This document shows positions 48,423 to 60,903 of a DNA stretch of 64,000 nt, in pieces (the stretch's first letter is position 1; the number at the start of each line of letters is the position of its first letter). This DNA comes from Mustelus asterias (Eukaryota): contig NC_135810.1 in assembly GCF_964213995.1 (NCBI RefSeq), positions 21,142,001 through 21,206,000 on the forward strand, read 5' to 3'. The notes beneath the pieces are model-generated. The model was not told the DNA's origin, made no database searches, and worked only from the letters and a program-made list of their open reading frames with translations. Both the position numbers and the translations under genes were made by a program.

Positions 48423-49927
48423 TCACAAGTCCAGACGGTCTGGAGGACCGCACCGTCGCTGTGATCTCCTCAACACCGGTTGCGACACCGGAGCAGGTGC
48501 TTGCGGTGGCGTTCTCTCCAAAACAGCGTCCGGCTGTCCCCTCGAGGACTCCCGGGCCGGTTGACCCTGGTGAGGCGATGGTGCAGGGGATCCTGGAACC
48601 TTCTGTGGTGGCGCCGATCTCCGAGTCTCAGGCAAGCTGTACATGGGAGTATAACTGTTAAGCACTGGTCCCGGTGCTGACCGCGCCACGTCTGGGGAAG
48701 AAATAAGTGATAGGGGATTCGTGACAGGGGGTGTGGGAGCGACAGGAGTTGCTACGTCCCCTGCGGGCGCCAGGTCTCGAATGGAGACAGTGTCCTCTCG
48801 CCCGTCAGGATATGCCACATAGGCATACTGAGGGTTGGCGTGGAGGAGTTGGACCGGTTCGACCAAGGGGTCGGACTTGCGGGCCCTCACATGTCGCCGC
48901 AGAAGGACGGGTCCTGGGTACGTCAACCAGGCTGGTAAGGAGATCTCCGAGGACGACTTCCGAGGGAATGAGAACATCCTCTCGTGGGGAGTAGCATTGG
49001 TTGCCGTACACAGGAGGGAGCGAATGGAATGAAGCGCATTTGGAAGGACCTCCTGCCAACGGGAGACTGGAAGGCTTTTTGACTTCAACGCCAGTAAGAC
49101 AGCCTTCCAGACTGTAGCATTCTCACGTTCCACCTGTCCGTTACCCCTAGGGTTGTAGCTCGTGGTTCTACTAGAGGCAATCCCGTATGAGAGCAGGAAT
49201 TGCCTCAAGTCATCGCTCATGAACGACGAGCCCCTGTCGCTATGTATGTAGCAGGGGTACCCGAACAGGGTAAAAAGATCACTGAATGCCTTAATCACTG
49301 TGGCAGTCGACGTGTCCGCACAGGGGACAACAAACGGGAACCGGGAGTATTCATCTATTATGTTGAGAAAATAGACATTCCGGTCCGTTGAGGGAAGGGG
49401 GCCCTTAAAATCCACACTCAGTCTCTCGAAGGGGCGAGTGGCCTTGACCAATTGTGCCCGGTCCGGTCGATAAAAGTGCGGTTTGCATTCCGCGCAAATC
49501 CGACAGCTTCTTGTTACTGACCTGACATCCTCCACCGAGTAGGGCAGGTTGCGGGCTTTTACGAAGTGGTAGAGTCGGGTGACTCCAGGATGGCACAGGT
49601 CATTGTGGAGGGCCTTCAAGCGGTCCTCCTGCATGATGGCGCATGTTCCGCGCGAGAGGGCATCCGAGGGCTCATTGAGCTTCCCTGGACGATACATAAT
49701 ATCGTAATTATAGGTGGAGAGCTCAATTCTCCACCGCAAGATCTTATCATTCTTGATCTTGCCCCTCTGCGTGTTACTGAACATAAACGCCACGGATCGT
49801 TGATCCGTGATCAGGGTGAACCGCTTCCCCGCCAGGTAATGGCGCCAGTGTCTGATGGCCTCCACAATGGCCTGAGCCTCCTTCTCCACCGCTGAGTGCC
49901 GAATTTTGGGGCCTTGAAGGGTGCGGG
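48423..49927 (-). CDS. Gypsy pol 3' part: RNase H C-terminal half and integrase
   Basis: EKEAQAIVEAIRHWRHYL and TDQRS (RH); H-x4-H...C-x2-C, VDFKG, HSDRG and VERENA (IN DDE). Separated from the upstream frame by one extra T at 49928-49933. Confidence 0.92.
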
Positions 49928-52398
49928 AAAAAATATGCGACGGGCCTGCCTGCCTGGTTTAGTGTGACGGCCAGGGCGAAATCAGATGCATCACTTTCCA
50001 CCTGAAAAGGGATGGATTCATCCACCGCGTGCATCGTGGCTTTTGCAATGTCGCTTTTCAAAGCCTCGAAGGCCAATTGGGCCTCCAGCGTGAGTGGGAA
50101 GGTCGTGGACTTGATGAGCGGACAGGCTTTGTCCGCGTAGTTGGGGACCCACTGCGCATAATACGAAAAGAAGCCGAGGCATCTCCTCAGTGCTTTTGTG
50201 CTAGCGGGCAAGGGAAGTTCAGTAAGGGGGCGCATACGGTCTGGATCAGGGCCGATGACCCCGTTTTCCACCACGTATCCAAGGATAGCTAACCTGCGCG
50301 TACGGAATACGCACTTCTCCCTGTTATAGGTCAGATTCAGGCGAGATGCAGTGCGCAGAAAGTTTTGGAGATTCGTGTCATGGTCCTGCTGGTCATGGCC
50401 GCAGATGGTGACGTTATCCAGGTACGGGAAGGTAGCCCGCAACCCATTCTGGTCCACCATTCGGTCCATAGCACGCTGGAAGACTGAGACCCCATTGGTG
50501 ACACCAAATGGAACCCTAAGAAACTGGTATAGACGACCATCCGCCTCAAAAGCCGTGTATTGTCGGTCCTCTGGGCGGATGGGGAGTTGATGGTAGGCGG
50601 ACTTAAGGTCTATGGTGGAGAACACCCGGTACTGCGCAATCTGATTGACCATATCAGATATGCGCGGGAGAGGATACGCATCCAGCTGCGTATAACGGTT
50701 AATGGTCTGACTGTAGTCGATGACCATCCGAGGTTTGTTCCCGCTTTTAACCACCACGACCTGCGCTCTCCACGGACTAGCACTGGCCTGTATGATCCCT
50801 TCTTTGAGGAGCCGCTGAACCTCAGATCTGATAAAGATCCGGTCTTCAGCGCTGTAACGCCTACTCTTAGTAGCGATGGGCTTGCAGCCTGGTACCAGAT
50901 TCTTAAATAAAGAAGGTGTGGTGATTTTTAGTGTGGAGAGATTGCACGCGGGGCGCTTTGGGCAATTTGGAGGCTGCAGCTGATTCCCTACTGCCAGTGA
51001 AGGGAGTGGCCCACCGTACTGTAGGATCACACTCTTCATGTAGACCATAAAGTTTAGTCCGAGGAGAATTGGTGCACAAAGGTGCAGTAACACAAGGAGC
51101 CTGTATCGCTCGTACATTGTGCCCTGCACCTCTAGGGTTACCATACAACGTCCTTGGATCGGTACAGACCGGGACCGTGATGCCATGGAAATTGTCTGTT
51201 TGGCAGGTAGAACCCGGAGTCCACACCTTTTTGCAGTGTCAGGGTGAATAAAACTCTCGGTGCTCCCGCTGTCAAACAGACAATAAACAGTACGACCATT
51301 TACCTTGATGTTCATCATGGAACTGTCAAGCCTGTGATGCTTTGTCTGGTCCAGAGAGATCGACGCCACCGTTGGCCCCTGGGCGTCACTGCATGCAGCC
51401 GAGGTTGATACTGAGGACCCCTGCTGGTCGCTCCTAGTTGTCGTTGACCATGATGGCCGCCCCCATGAATCGCACGTGGGTGAGGGCGCCAAGCGTAGCA
51501 ACTCCTGGTGGTCTTCCTCCTCCTCCGTCAGCCACAATGGCGTCGTCCTGGGTTCGCACGTGGTCGGACCTCGTGGGTACTGCGACGCCGAAGGAGATTG
51601 TCTCCGCTCTGGAGGGTCACAGGCTGCACTGCCATTCTTGGGCTTCGACCTGCAAACTTTAGCATAGTGCCCCTTTTTACCACACTGACTGCAGATCGCC
51701 GTTTTTGCAGGACACTGTTGCCGTGGATGCTTGGCTCCGCCGCAAAAATAGCATCGCTGGCCGCCTGGAGCTGCCGCCGTCGTCGGATCGATATGGGAGC
51801 GCGAGCCCGTGGGGCGAGGAGGGATTTGTGCTTGCTCCTGCCACGTTGTCTCCACGTGGTCTTCGGGGTACAGAGCCAAGCTTTTCGACGCTGCCTCCAG
51901 CATCTCAGCCATCTCCATCGCTTGGGTCAAGTTGAGGTTCCCTTTCTCTAATAGCTTAAGCCGGATGTACGAGGACCCTACCCCTGCTACGAACGCATCT
52001 CGGGCGAGGTCGTACATATATTGCTCTGCCGACACATCTTTGCAGTCGCAGCCCCTGGCAAGCTGCAAGAGCTCATTGGCGTAGTCCTCCATGGTTTCGC
52101 CCGACTGCCGACGTCGTGTAGCGAGGAGGTAACGAGCGTGGATCTCGTTGGGTGGTCTCGTGTATCGTTTCTTCAAGAGCTCGATGGCCCTCGGGTAAGT
52201 GGTGGCCGCACGAATCGCAAGATAGACCGTGTCGCTTACCCTCGCGTGGAGGACCTGGAGTTTGTCGTCGTCTGTAGTAACTGCTGCAGAGGCCGCCAGG
52301 TAGTCTTCGAAACACTTCCACCAGTGGTCGAAGGTGTTAGCGGCACCGACCGCATGTGGGTCCAGCGTCAGACACTCTGGTTTTAGTATTTGTTCCAT
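49928..52398 (-). CDS. Gypsy gag-pol 5' part: Gag (twin CCHC), aspartic protease, RT, start of RNase H
   Basis: Likely start MEQILKPE (ATG at 52398); CYFCGGAKHPRQQC and CSQCGKKGHYAKVC; LFDSGS; IDLKSAYHQ, VPFG, YLDN; ESDAS. Confidence 0.93.
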
Positions 52399-52439
52399 AC
52401 TCCCTTTACTGTCGAGAGTTTTATGTTTGCTAATAAAAT

Positions 52440-52736
52440 TGAAGCGCGACAATCAAGCACGAGGTACAAGGCTTCAGCTATTGAAGGCTTTTATTAGCAA
52501 ACAATGGAACTATCTAACACGAGTACACCAATTCAGACTGGAGGGGTCCCGCCTGAGCAGAGGGTCTTATACCTCTCCCCAGGAGGTGGGGCCCGACCGG
52601 GATGTGCCATAACAACATCTACCACAGGTAAACACCCTAACCCAACAACATTATACAACCACCACAGTGGCAACACCCTAACCCAACAGTAACATAGGAA
52701 TAACCCCACAGTGGTAACCAACGATGGTTCACCACA
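52440..52736 (-). repeat. 5' LTR with TATA (52566-52571), Inr-like CCAGTCT (52535-52541) and AATAAA
   Basis: TG...CA termini; TATAAG about 32 nt upstream of the Inr-like A; AATAAAA at 52489-52495 on minus. Confidence 0.93.
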
Positions 52737-53410
52737 GGTACGGAGAGGGAGATAAAAGGAGAATCCTGGAGCCCTCATTCTCTCTGCTCTTGCACCTTCT
52801 TCAACAATATCTCCAGAGCGAACCTTCGACTGGCAACTGGGCAGCACAGCATCTCCAGCACCTTGTACCTCATGGTAAGCATCATCAGACTGGCCAGACC
52901 CAGAAAACCACCCTGGTGAGATGCCCCAAAGACCAGAACCAGCTCTACACAAGAGGGGAAGACCAAATCAATGACTGCAGATCCTGAAACATCTGCCAAC
53001 CCTCAAAGACCGAGGAATAGCTTGGCTCAGCCTTATTGAATGGGTATTATCAGTCTGTTCAGACAAAGAGTTCAAAAATAGTGGTAGGAATGTGTGGATG
53101 GGATGTAGCAAATCCTCGGAAGTGCATGTCAGAAGTAGATTGCAAATGTAGTTTTGAGACTGTTTACTCAAGAGTCTTGCGAAGAGATAGATAGAATTTA
53201 ATTGAGTTTAGTTAAAGAGCAATAGTAGAGTCTGATAAATATTATTTTTCCTTGATAAAGTGTTCAATAAAGTTGTGTTGGACCTTCATCTCACTCTTGT
53301 TCCCTTTGTCTGTCTCAACATGTAACAGACCTGGGTTAAAAAGGTCTGGTTAAGGTTAGTCAGGGTACATTTACCAATCTTAACTTTACAACATTCCTTT
53401 GTGTCCTTGT

Positions 53411-53752
53411 GGGCGGCACAGTGCTGCCCCACAGTGTCAGGGACCAGATTCGATTCTGGCCTTGGGTGACTGCCTGTGTGGAGTTTGCATGTTCTCCCTG
53501 TGTCTGTGTGGTTTTCTTCTGGGTGGTTTGGTTTCCTCCCATGCTCCAAAGATGTGCAGGTTAGATGGATTGGCCATGCTAAATTTCCCCTTATTTTAAA
53601 AAGTTGTATAGGTTACATTGATTAGCCATGGCAAATGCACGGGGTTGTGGAGATAGGGCAGAGGGGAGGGCCTGCGTGGAATGCTCTTTCAGAGAGTCAG
53701 TGCAGACTTAATGGGCTGAATGGCCTCTTTCTGCACTGTAAGGATTCTATGG
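53411..53752 (+). mobile_element. HE1-like V-SINE
   Basis: Head with deletion, V-domain, tail. Confidence 0.8.
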
Positions 53753-53929
53753 TGTCCACAAAATAGTAAGAAAAATCTTTGTCCCTGAAACCCTAGGTGC
53801 ACCTAATTTATCTTCAAACTGATTGTTAAATCTTTTACTTAATATTTTCAGTTTCAAAAAGCTCAAGAGATTCTTGGATGTCTCGCAGCAAGCAGTTGTA
53901 AAGCCACTGTAAAAGGGGACAATGCCATA

Positions 53930-54833
53930 GGGCGCATATCATTACGGTGAGAAAACTTGAGCAATCTGTGCCAGTACATCTGGTGTGGACCAGACTGCAA
54001 TTGTCCCACTCTTAGTCATCTTTGTGGGAGAGTGGTGAGTTGCATGCCAGCAATGGGAGGGGTGAGGGCCTAAACACACCAATGAGCCTGGCTGCAAAGC
54101 TATCAGGCGCCACTGTGGAATGGCGCCCCAATCTCCCTGTGCACTGGGAGACCCCCTCCCTAACCCCACCATCCCCCATCCGCAGCATGTTTTCCTACCC
54201 ATTCCCTGACATGAATCACCAGCATTGGGGCATTGAAACCCTCGCCCTCCCAATAGGTTCTTCTTCATGACCCCCAACATGCCCATCCTTCCTGTTCCAC
54301 AACTGCACGACCCCACTGCATGATTCCCCTGCATAGCCCCCCAGCATAGCATGATCCCCCTGTCATAGCCCCACCCCTGCTCAGGCCCCACCCCCTTGGC
54401 ACTACCCCTGGCACATGGGCAGTGTCCAACTGGTGTCAGGAGGGCACTGCCAGGTGGGCACTGCCAGGTGGGCGCAGACCAGCCACGTCCCCAATCAAAT
54501 GAGGGCTTCAATGGCCTCCAACACGCCGGCTTGGCTATCACGCCTGGTCTCCACTAGGCTCGCTGGGCTTGTGCCGCACCTGACGGTCAGAGGATACCAG
54601 GAGCTGGAAGAATCTGGCATTGAATAGGCTCAGCATATTTAAATGCTACTTTAAATATGCTAACCGACCTCACGCCCTTTCTGTGTGAGATCCAGTTTGA
54701 GCCAATAGAAAGGGACTGGGATGATTGCAAACCATTTGGCGCCAGGCGTGAATGATGATTTTAAGGCCCACGTGCAATTTTCCGAGATTGACGCAAAATG
54801 CGTCAGGCGCGGCAAGGCCAGAAAATCAGTCCC
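53930..54833. mobile_element. Non-autonomous Harbinger-like DNA transposon (degenerate)
   Basis: GGG...CCC termini flanked by ATA on both sides. Interior TGGCA/TGCCA-rich motifs are shared, in inverse orientation, with 30731-31906. Confidence 0.55.
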
Positions 54834-55199
54834 ATAATTTTGATAAGTTTGGTTATTTTTCTTGCAGATTTTATAACTTTACCTATCTTTATTCTGTTAC
54901 AAAATTAGGAACCTGGAGTGGGCAGAGACAAGATCAGATGAAAGGCTTGTGGGATGTGGCTTCCTGTAATTGGACTCTGAATAGAGCCTGGAACAAGCAA
55001 TAGTAATAGAAAACAACAATGGAACTATGATAGGTGACTGAGAAAAATCAACTCATTTGGATGATTAAAAGTTGCAAAAACAGTTGGAATTCAACCAACA
55101 GTTTCTTTTAACTTGTCAGCGAAACCAGGATAAATTGCAGGATTCCCATTCATCCAGTCACCATTTATAGTCACGATTTCAACTTAAGTTGTTCGCAGT

Positions 55200-55830
55200 T
55201 TATGCTGACAATTCAGACTTTGGAATCAAAAACACAATTTCTAAATTTGTAGATGACACCAAATTGGAGGAGGTCGTTAATACAGCGAAAGATATCAACA
55301 AATCACAAGAAGGTATGAGGAAACTTGTAGAATGGGACATGGTTGGCAGATAACTGTCAACACAGATTAAAGTGAAGTATTACATTTTGGCAAGAAACAT
55401 AGGAAAATTGTATGTTACCGAGAAAATAAAAACCTAAGTTGGGCAGGTTCCAACTACACAAGTCAGTCAAAGTAGCAACACAGGTTAAATAGGCCATAGA
55501 AAACAAACCAAGCATGCAGGTTTATTTCTACAGGGATGGAATTGGAAAGTAAAGAAGATATGATGGATTTGCGTTGAATGTTGGTTAGACCGCACTTGTA
55601 GTATTGAGTACAATTCTGGTTGCTCCACTATAAAAAAGAGATGCAAAGGATTCGGAGTGGGTTCCGAAAACAATTTACAAGCGATATCAGAAATGTGGCT
55701 GTATGTCGATCAGCAGAGTGTGAACAGGCTGGGCATCTTTTCAGTTGAAAAGAAAAGGCTGAAGAGTGACTGAATAGAGGTCTTTAACATTATGAAATGT
55801 TTTGAATGAGTTATCACAGAAAGAAAGACC
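55200..55830 (+). mobile_element. Highly degraded CR1 RT fragment
   Basis: ISKFVDDTKLE, EVLHFG, LVRPHL.Y..QFW and RRLKSD.IEVFNIM remnants. Confidence 0.75.
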
Positions 55831-56099
55831 CACCATCTTCTGGATCACTGGAGACTGGATATTAGACCCAAGATGCACATGGAATCCCGCAGAATTTCTA
55901 ATGCACTGTGGGAATTTTCCAGGAAATTTCAACTTCCAATGGACTATTCCCCTGATCCCTGGGACCCCCTGTAAATGATTTTGACACTGGGTTAGAGTTG
56001 GAGACTTCAGGAAGTTCTGATGTATTTAGCTGAATAGTTACCCAAGAAATGTTAGACAGAAAAAAATCTATTCTAACTCCTTGGTAAATGCACATTGAC

Positions 56100-56420
56100 C
56101 ACTCCAAATCACTCACACTGACACCCCAAATCCCCCCTGACCCCACAGCTACTCACTTGATCCCGTGATTATACCCACAGTGCTCTGACTATCACCTACA
56201 CATTCACTCACCGATCACCTCATCCACCTACCAGCCAACACACTTACCGCTTCACCCAGTTGCCTCCCTATCCACCTACCACCTCACACACCTTACCCAG
56301 GTACCAACTACCCACTTACCTCATCAAATAAATGCGCTTACCCTCTCACCTCATCCACTTACCCACACTACCAACCTACTCAATCACTCATTCATCATTC
56401 ACCCATTAACCAACATGCAC
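56100..56420. repeat. Low-complexity C/A-rich degenerate repeat (CACCTAC/CACTTAC-like units)
   Basis: Recurrent CACCTA, CACTTACC and CACTCA words. Confidence 0.6.
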
Positions 56421-56459
56421 ACTCGATTTTTAAATTTACCATACGACAGCTGGTCCTTT

Positions 56460-56806
56460 TTTTTATTTGTTCATGAGATATGGCATCCCCAGCATTTATT
56501 GCCCATCCCTAGTTGTCCGAGGGTAGCTGAGACTCAACACATTGCTGTGGCTCTGGAGTGACATGTAGGCCAGACCGGGTAAGGATGGCAGACTTCCTTT
56601 CCGAAAGGACATTCGTGAACCAGGTGGGTTTTTCTTACAATAAACAATGGTTTCATGGTCATCAATGGATTCTTAACTCCAATTTTTTTTATTGAATTCA
56701 AATTCCACCATCAGCTGTGGCGGGATTCAAATCTGGGTCCCAAGAACATTAGCTGAGTTTCTGGATTAATAGTCTAGTGATAATACCACTTGGCCATCGC
56801 CTCCCC
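56460..56806 (-). mobile_element. Older tRNA-headed SINE (same family as 38523)
   Basis: Reverse complement of the 38523/40298 family, with GGGATTCAAATC B box at the right. Confidence 0.7.
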
Positions 56807-57864
56807 TGTTATCCCCTGATTCAGTCGTGATCCAACGGGGGACACTGCACTCTGTATTTTTGTATTTCTGGCAAATCTAAGCTCAGAAGACCTGGCAAGA
56901 AAAATGGGACAGCATTGAGGTGGCGGAGTGGCAATTTGATGATGATTGCCACTCCTCGGAAGATCCGGGTGAATGTTTCTACTTCTGGGGAAAAGCAAAT
57001 CTAGAAGACATCAACATAATATACCGACGAAGAAATCAAACAGGAAATCTGGAAGAAATGTTTTTACCCAGAGAAAGTTGAGAATGTGAAATTTGCTATT
57101 ACAAGGAGTGGTTGAATTGAACAGTATAGGCCTAGTAAAGGAGGGGTCAGATAAACATGTGGGGGATATCGGGAATAGAGGGTCAGGCTTATAGAGATAG
57201 ACAAGGAAAACAAGAAGTGCCTTGAATTGAGTATAAATGCTAACATGCACTAGCTGTACTGAATGACTTATTTCTGTGCCCTATCTATCCTATGTATTAG
57301 AGCTAATATGAGGGGAATAATGGGAATATACTCAAAATTTATTGTCAGGTTGACTTCATTTGTTTTCATTTAAGGCTATTCAGCATTTGGTGATCAAATT
57401 TTGATCTGATTTGTTGGCTTTTAGGAAGTCATCCTTAGCTACAGACCACAATATTGTGTTTCTACGTTATGGTTTGAGATTTGTTAAATGTAGATATTAC
57501 TCACAATTTATTCATAATCCTAACTGCTAATGTGACTGCTATGTTATGTTCTTTCATTTGATGTTTTCTTTAATTATCACCATACCATCTCAACAGCTTT
57601 ATAGGTTTCTGAATGAAATGTACAATGGGACCCAAATGAGTTTTGAGAGCAAGAAAATTGGGACCTCTGCATCAGATCTATTATTAGAATGATTCAAGGT
57701 TTCATGGCTCCTACCAAGAATGTGACTTTTGCTTTTTTTCTATGTCAGGTGCCAAGCTATTTTGTTTCTTACAACTGAAGATTTAGATCAATATTATTGT
57801 CATGGCCAGGACATTCATAACAGTCTTCTAAATCTCTTGAGCTCTGCAGGAGAGTCATAGCAGC

Positions 57865-58450
57865 ATAGAATCATACAGTGCAGAAGAGGCCCTTCAGCCC
57901 ATCGAATATGCACCAACACATGAGAAACACCTGACCTCCCACCTAATCCTATTTATCAGCACTTGGCCCATCGCCTTGAATGTAATGATGTGCCAAGTGC
58001 TCAACAAGATACTTTTTAAAGGATGTGAAGCAACTCGCCTCTACCACCCTCCCAGGCAGCGCATTGCAGACCGTTACCACCATGGCGAAAAGGCTTTTCT
58101 TCACATCCCCCCCCCCCCCCCCCGCCTCTTGCTCCTTACCTTGAACCCCAAGTAGGGTGGTGGAGGCAGACACGCTGACATCGTTTAAGACTTACCTGGA
58201 TAGTCACATGAGCAGCCTGGGAATGGAGGGATACAAATGATTGGTCTAGTTGGACCAAGGAGCAGCACAGGCTTGGAGGGCCGAAGGGCCTGTTACCTGG
58301 GCTGTACTGTTCTTTGTTCTTTATATCCCTTTGTGACTGACCCTTCAACTAAGGGGAACAGCTGCTCCTTATCCACTCTATCCATGTCCCTCATAATCTT
58401 ATACACCTTGATCAAGTCACCCCCTCAGTCCTGTCTGCTTCAGGGAGGGA
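57865..58450 (-). mobile_element. CR1 3' end with a nested plus-strand CR1 3' fragment (about 58150-58322)
   Basis: VCNALPGRVVEA...FKKYL...GDGPSADK motif and ATAGAATC tail. The inner fragment ends with (TTCTTTG)n. Confidence 0.75.
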
Positions 58451-58659
58451 TGTTATGTATCTCTATTTGATTAGTCATGTGATGTGTGGTGAAGTCATCA
58501 GTGACATTCATGGGTTTTTCCGTCTCTTCCATCCTGCACTGTACGTAACTAACACTTACCTAATAAAGCTTGACTGACTGGTTAGGTAACCCACCATGTG
58601 GCAAACTGTCATCCTTTTATCTTGCTGTATATGTGAGCTAACCATATTAATATATAACA
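58451..58659 (+). mobile_element. Orphan LTR (209 bp)
   Basis: TGTTAT...ATAACA inverted termini, AATAAA at 58562, preceded by purine run AGGGAGGGA. No TSD seen. Confidence 0.6.
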
Positions 58660-60776
58660 TGCTCCCAACTGATTTTGCACCTCAAAGCAGAGTTAGCAGC
58701 CAGCTGCTCAGAGCAACCTGAAACCCAGTTAAAACATAACTGATGGCACTCTCGAGGAACCCAAACAAAGTGGCACAGGGTTGATACAGTGAAAGCCATA
58801 TGACAACTAGGTACATTACTGAGCAAGCCATCCGCATGCTAAGGATACACTTTGGCTGCAGAGATACATCTGAAGGGACCCTTCAATACACATCAGCCAT
58901 GGCTTCCAGAATAGTTGTGGGGTGTTCCACAACTTTACATAGGACAGATTTGGATCTGCCAAAGGGACAAGACTCAGAGCACAAAGCCTGTACAGATATG
59001 TTGCTACCAAAACCAATTTCACCCCAAATGGAGGCTGTCAATTCTTCAGGATTGTCCTCGAGTCTCCATGAATTAAAGCTTAAACTTCCAGTCACTGCCC
59101 CAAGCAAAGGGGAGAAAAATCATAAGGGCATTGGAAAAAGTACACTTTTTAATGTTCTTAGTTAATTTTATCAGTTCTAAATTTATTAAAGATGGGGATA
59201 AAAGGCTTTATGATTGAGTACGATGAGTGAAGTGGGAAGCCATATTATGGAAACTTCAGGAACACATCCAACTAGAACTGGCAATCCTGCTAATCCCATC
59301 ATGAATAAATAAATCTGGTAATCTATGATCTAACAGCAGAATGGATGAAAGCTGCTAAATTGTTGTAAAAATCCAACCTATTATAGTAATATCCTCCAGG
59401 GAAGACAGAATAGTTTGTCTTAGATGTGACTCCAGTTCAGCAATATCCTCTGGAGTGGCCTACCAAGTCTCTCAGCAGTTAAAATCAAGCAATCAATCAT
59501 TTACTAAACCAGGGAAGGGTAATAAAATCAGCCTTGCAAGCATGGCCCATGCTCTGAGAGCTACTAACATCAGTTGGGGAGCAGTTTATCGGGTAGCTGC
59601 CTGTGTAATAAAGGGACTGAGATATAAAGGTACAACATTCGGATGAAGCTACTCTCAGGGAACTCTGTCTACTATGGAGAATAATACACAGGTGGAGGTT
59701 CTGCAGGAGTGTAAGAGGCTGAAGCAAACCTTCTGGCACCATTGACCTCTGTAGGTAATTGCAAGCTGTTCTACACAGCAAGCCAATTATTATGATAGGC
59801 AGGTGAGTCTTAATAATAGAGACAAGGCGACCTTTCTGCTAATTGCGTGTTATATTGCCTGTTTAGCAATTTTGGATTATCAGTTAATCCGTCCTATTAC
59901 ACCACAGAACAAATTAGAGTGGAGCTAATTTTTCTCCCCTCTCCAACCTGTACGTCGAGGAGCATGCACCTGATCTGAACTAAACCTATATTTATGAGTT
60001 CAGTTTATTATCCGAGGCCGAACATTCTCACAGTGTGGGCCTACCTCTATCTAATAAGGACTTTGTGTCTGTGAGTGTGGGAGGAAAGTTAATTGTTGCT
60101 GGAGATAAGCGGTGGACATTACCATTGACTTTGGGGCTGCCAGGTTAATCTCTGACGTAACAGCCAGAAGACTTCCACCTCATAAGTCTGGTTCGATGGA
60201 AGAAAAACAAAGTGCTTTATGGCTAGCCGCATATTAGGCCCTATTCAGATCAGAGGATTTGAGCAGATTTTTGCACCTATTCACCCACAGAGGATGCACT
60301 CTGTTTGGGATACCAGCAAAAAGAAACATAATTTCAACTTCACTATGTTGTAATTCGAAGCTTGCATGCATTGGCGCAAATATGTCGCCTCCATCCACCA
60401 TGCCCCTCTCCCGTGTAATACAAAAAGGCATAGAGGTGCCCTCTGCCCTTTTTATTTAGCTTGCTATGTACAGCAGAGAAAAATCAGTCTCAGTATCTGT
60501 TTTCCTATTGTAATCAAACATTAAATGAGACAAAACGCACTTACACAATTGTGGTGTTAGGAATTTGACCTAGGAAGCAATGAATGGCAAACATTTCCTA
60601 GTAATTTACATGACACAGCAGCAGGTAAAGATAGAATCGTAGAATGGTTACTGTAGTTGTCAATTGCTCTGTGTTTGATTATGTATCTGTTCACTATTGA
60701 TGCTCACTGTGCTTAATGAGTTAAGCCTGGGTGAAGACTCAAAAATAAACAAAGCAGAAATATTGCTGGAAACTAG

Positions 60777-60903
60777 GGGAGGGATTTTCCAGCTGCGCTC
60801 GCCCTAAGACCAGAAAATCCCATCCGAGGTCAACAGACTTTTGCATGGTCCGTGTCTCGCCCATTACGATTCCTGTGGCAAGCAGGATGGGAAAATCCTG
60901 CCC
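60777..60903. mobile_element. 127-bp MITE, Harbinger-like
   Basis: TIRs GGGAGGGATTTTCC ... GGAAAATCCTGCCC with 3-bp TSD TAG on both sides. Confidence 0.75.

Larger units (their letters stand above)
48062..52736 (-). mobile_element. Full-length Ty3/Gypsy LTR retrotransposon (4675 bp)
   Basis: Two 297-bp TG...CA LTRs, perfect 5-bp TSD GGTAC (48057-48061 / 52737-52741), domain order Gag-PR-RT-RH-IN, PPT, no env and no recognisable chromodomain. Confidence 0.97.

Noticed and set aside
49928-49933. Programmed ribosomal frameshift in pol
   Set aside because: It falls inside RNase H rather than at the gag-pol junction. A single homopolymer insertion explains it.
52742-53030. Coding-looking sequence at the Gypsy insertion site (LEILLKKVQEQRE on minus; a 73-aa plus-strand ORF when the element is removed)
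   Set aside because: Only a faint resemblance to Harbinger Myb/SANT proteins. There is not enough to claim a disrupted gene.
1321-53599. Dozens of 60-120 aa ORFs such as MVSTAASQ...SLHILPVSAWVSSGCSGFLPQSKD and MDCGRKPEHPEETHAD
   Set aside because: They are translations of V-SINE copies in different frames, not a gene family.
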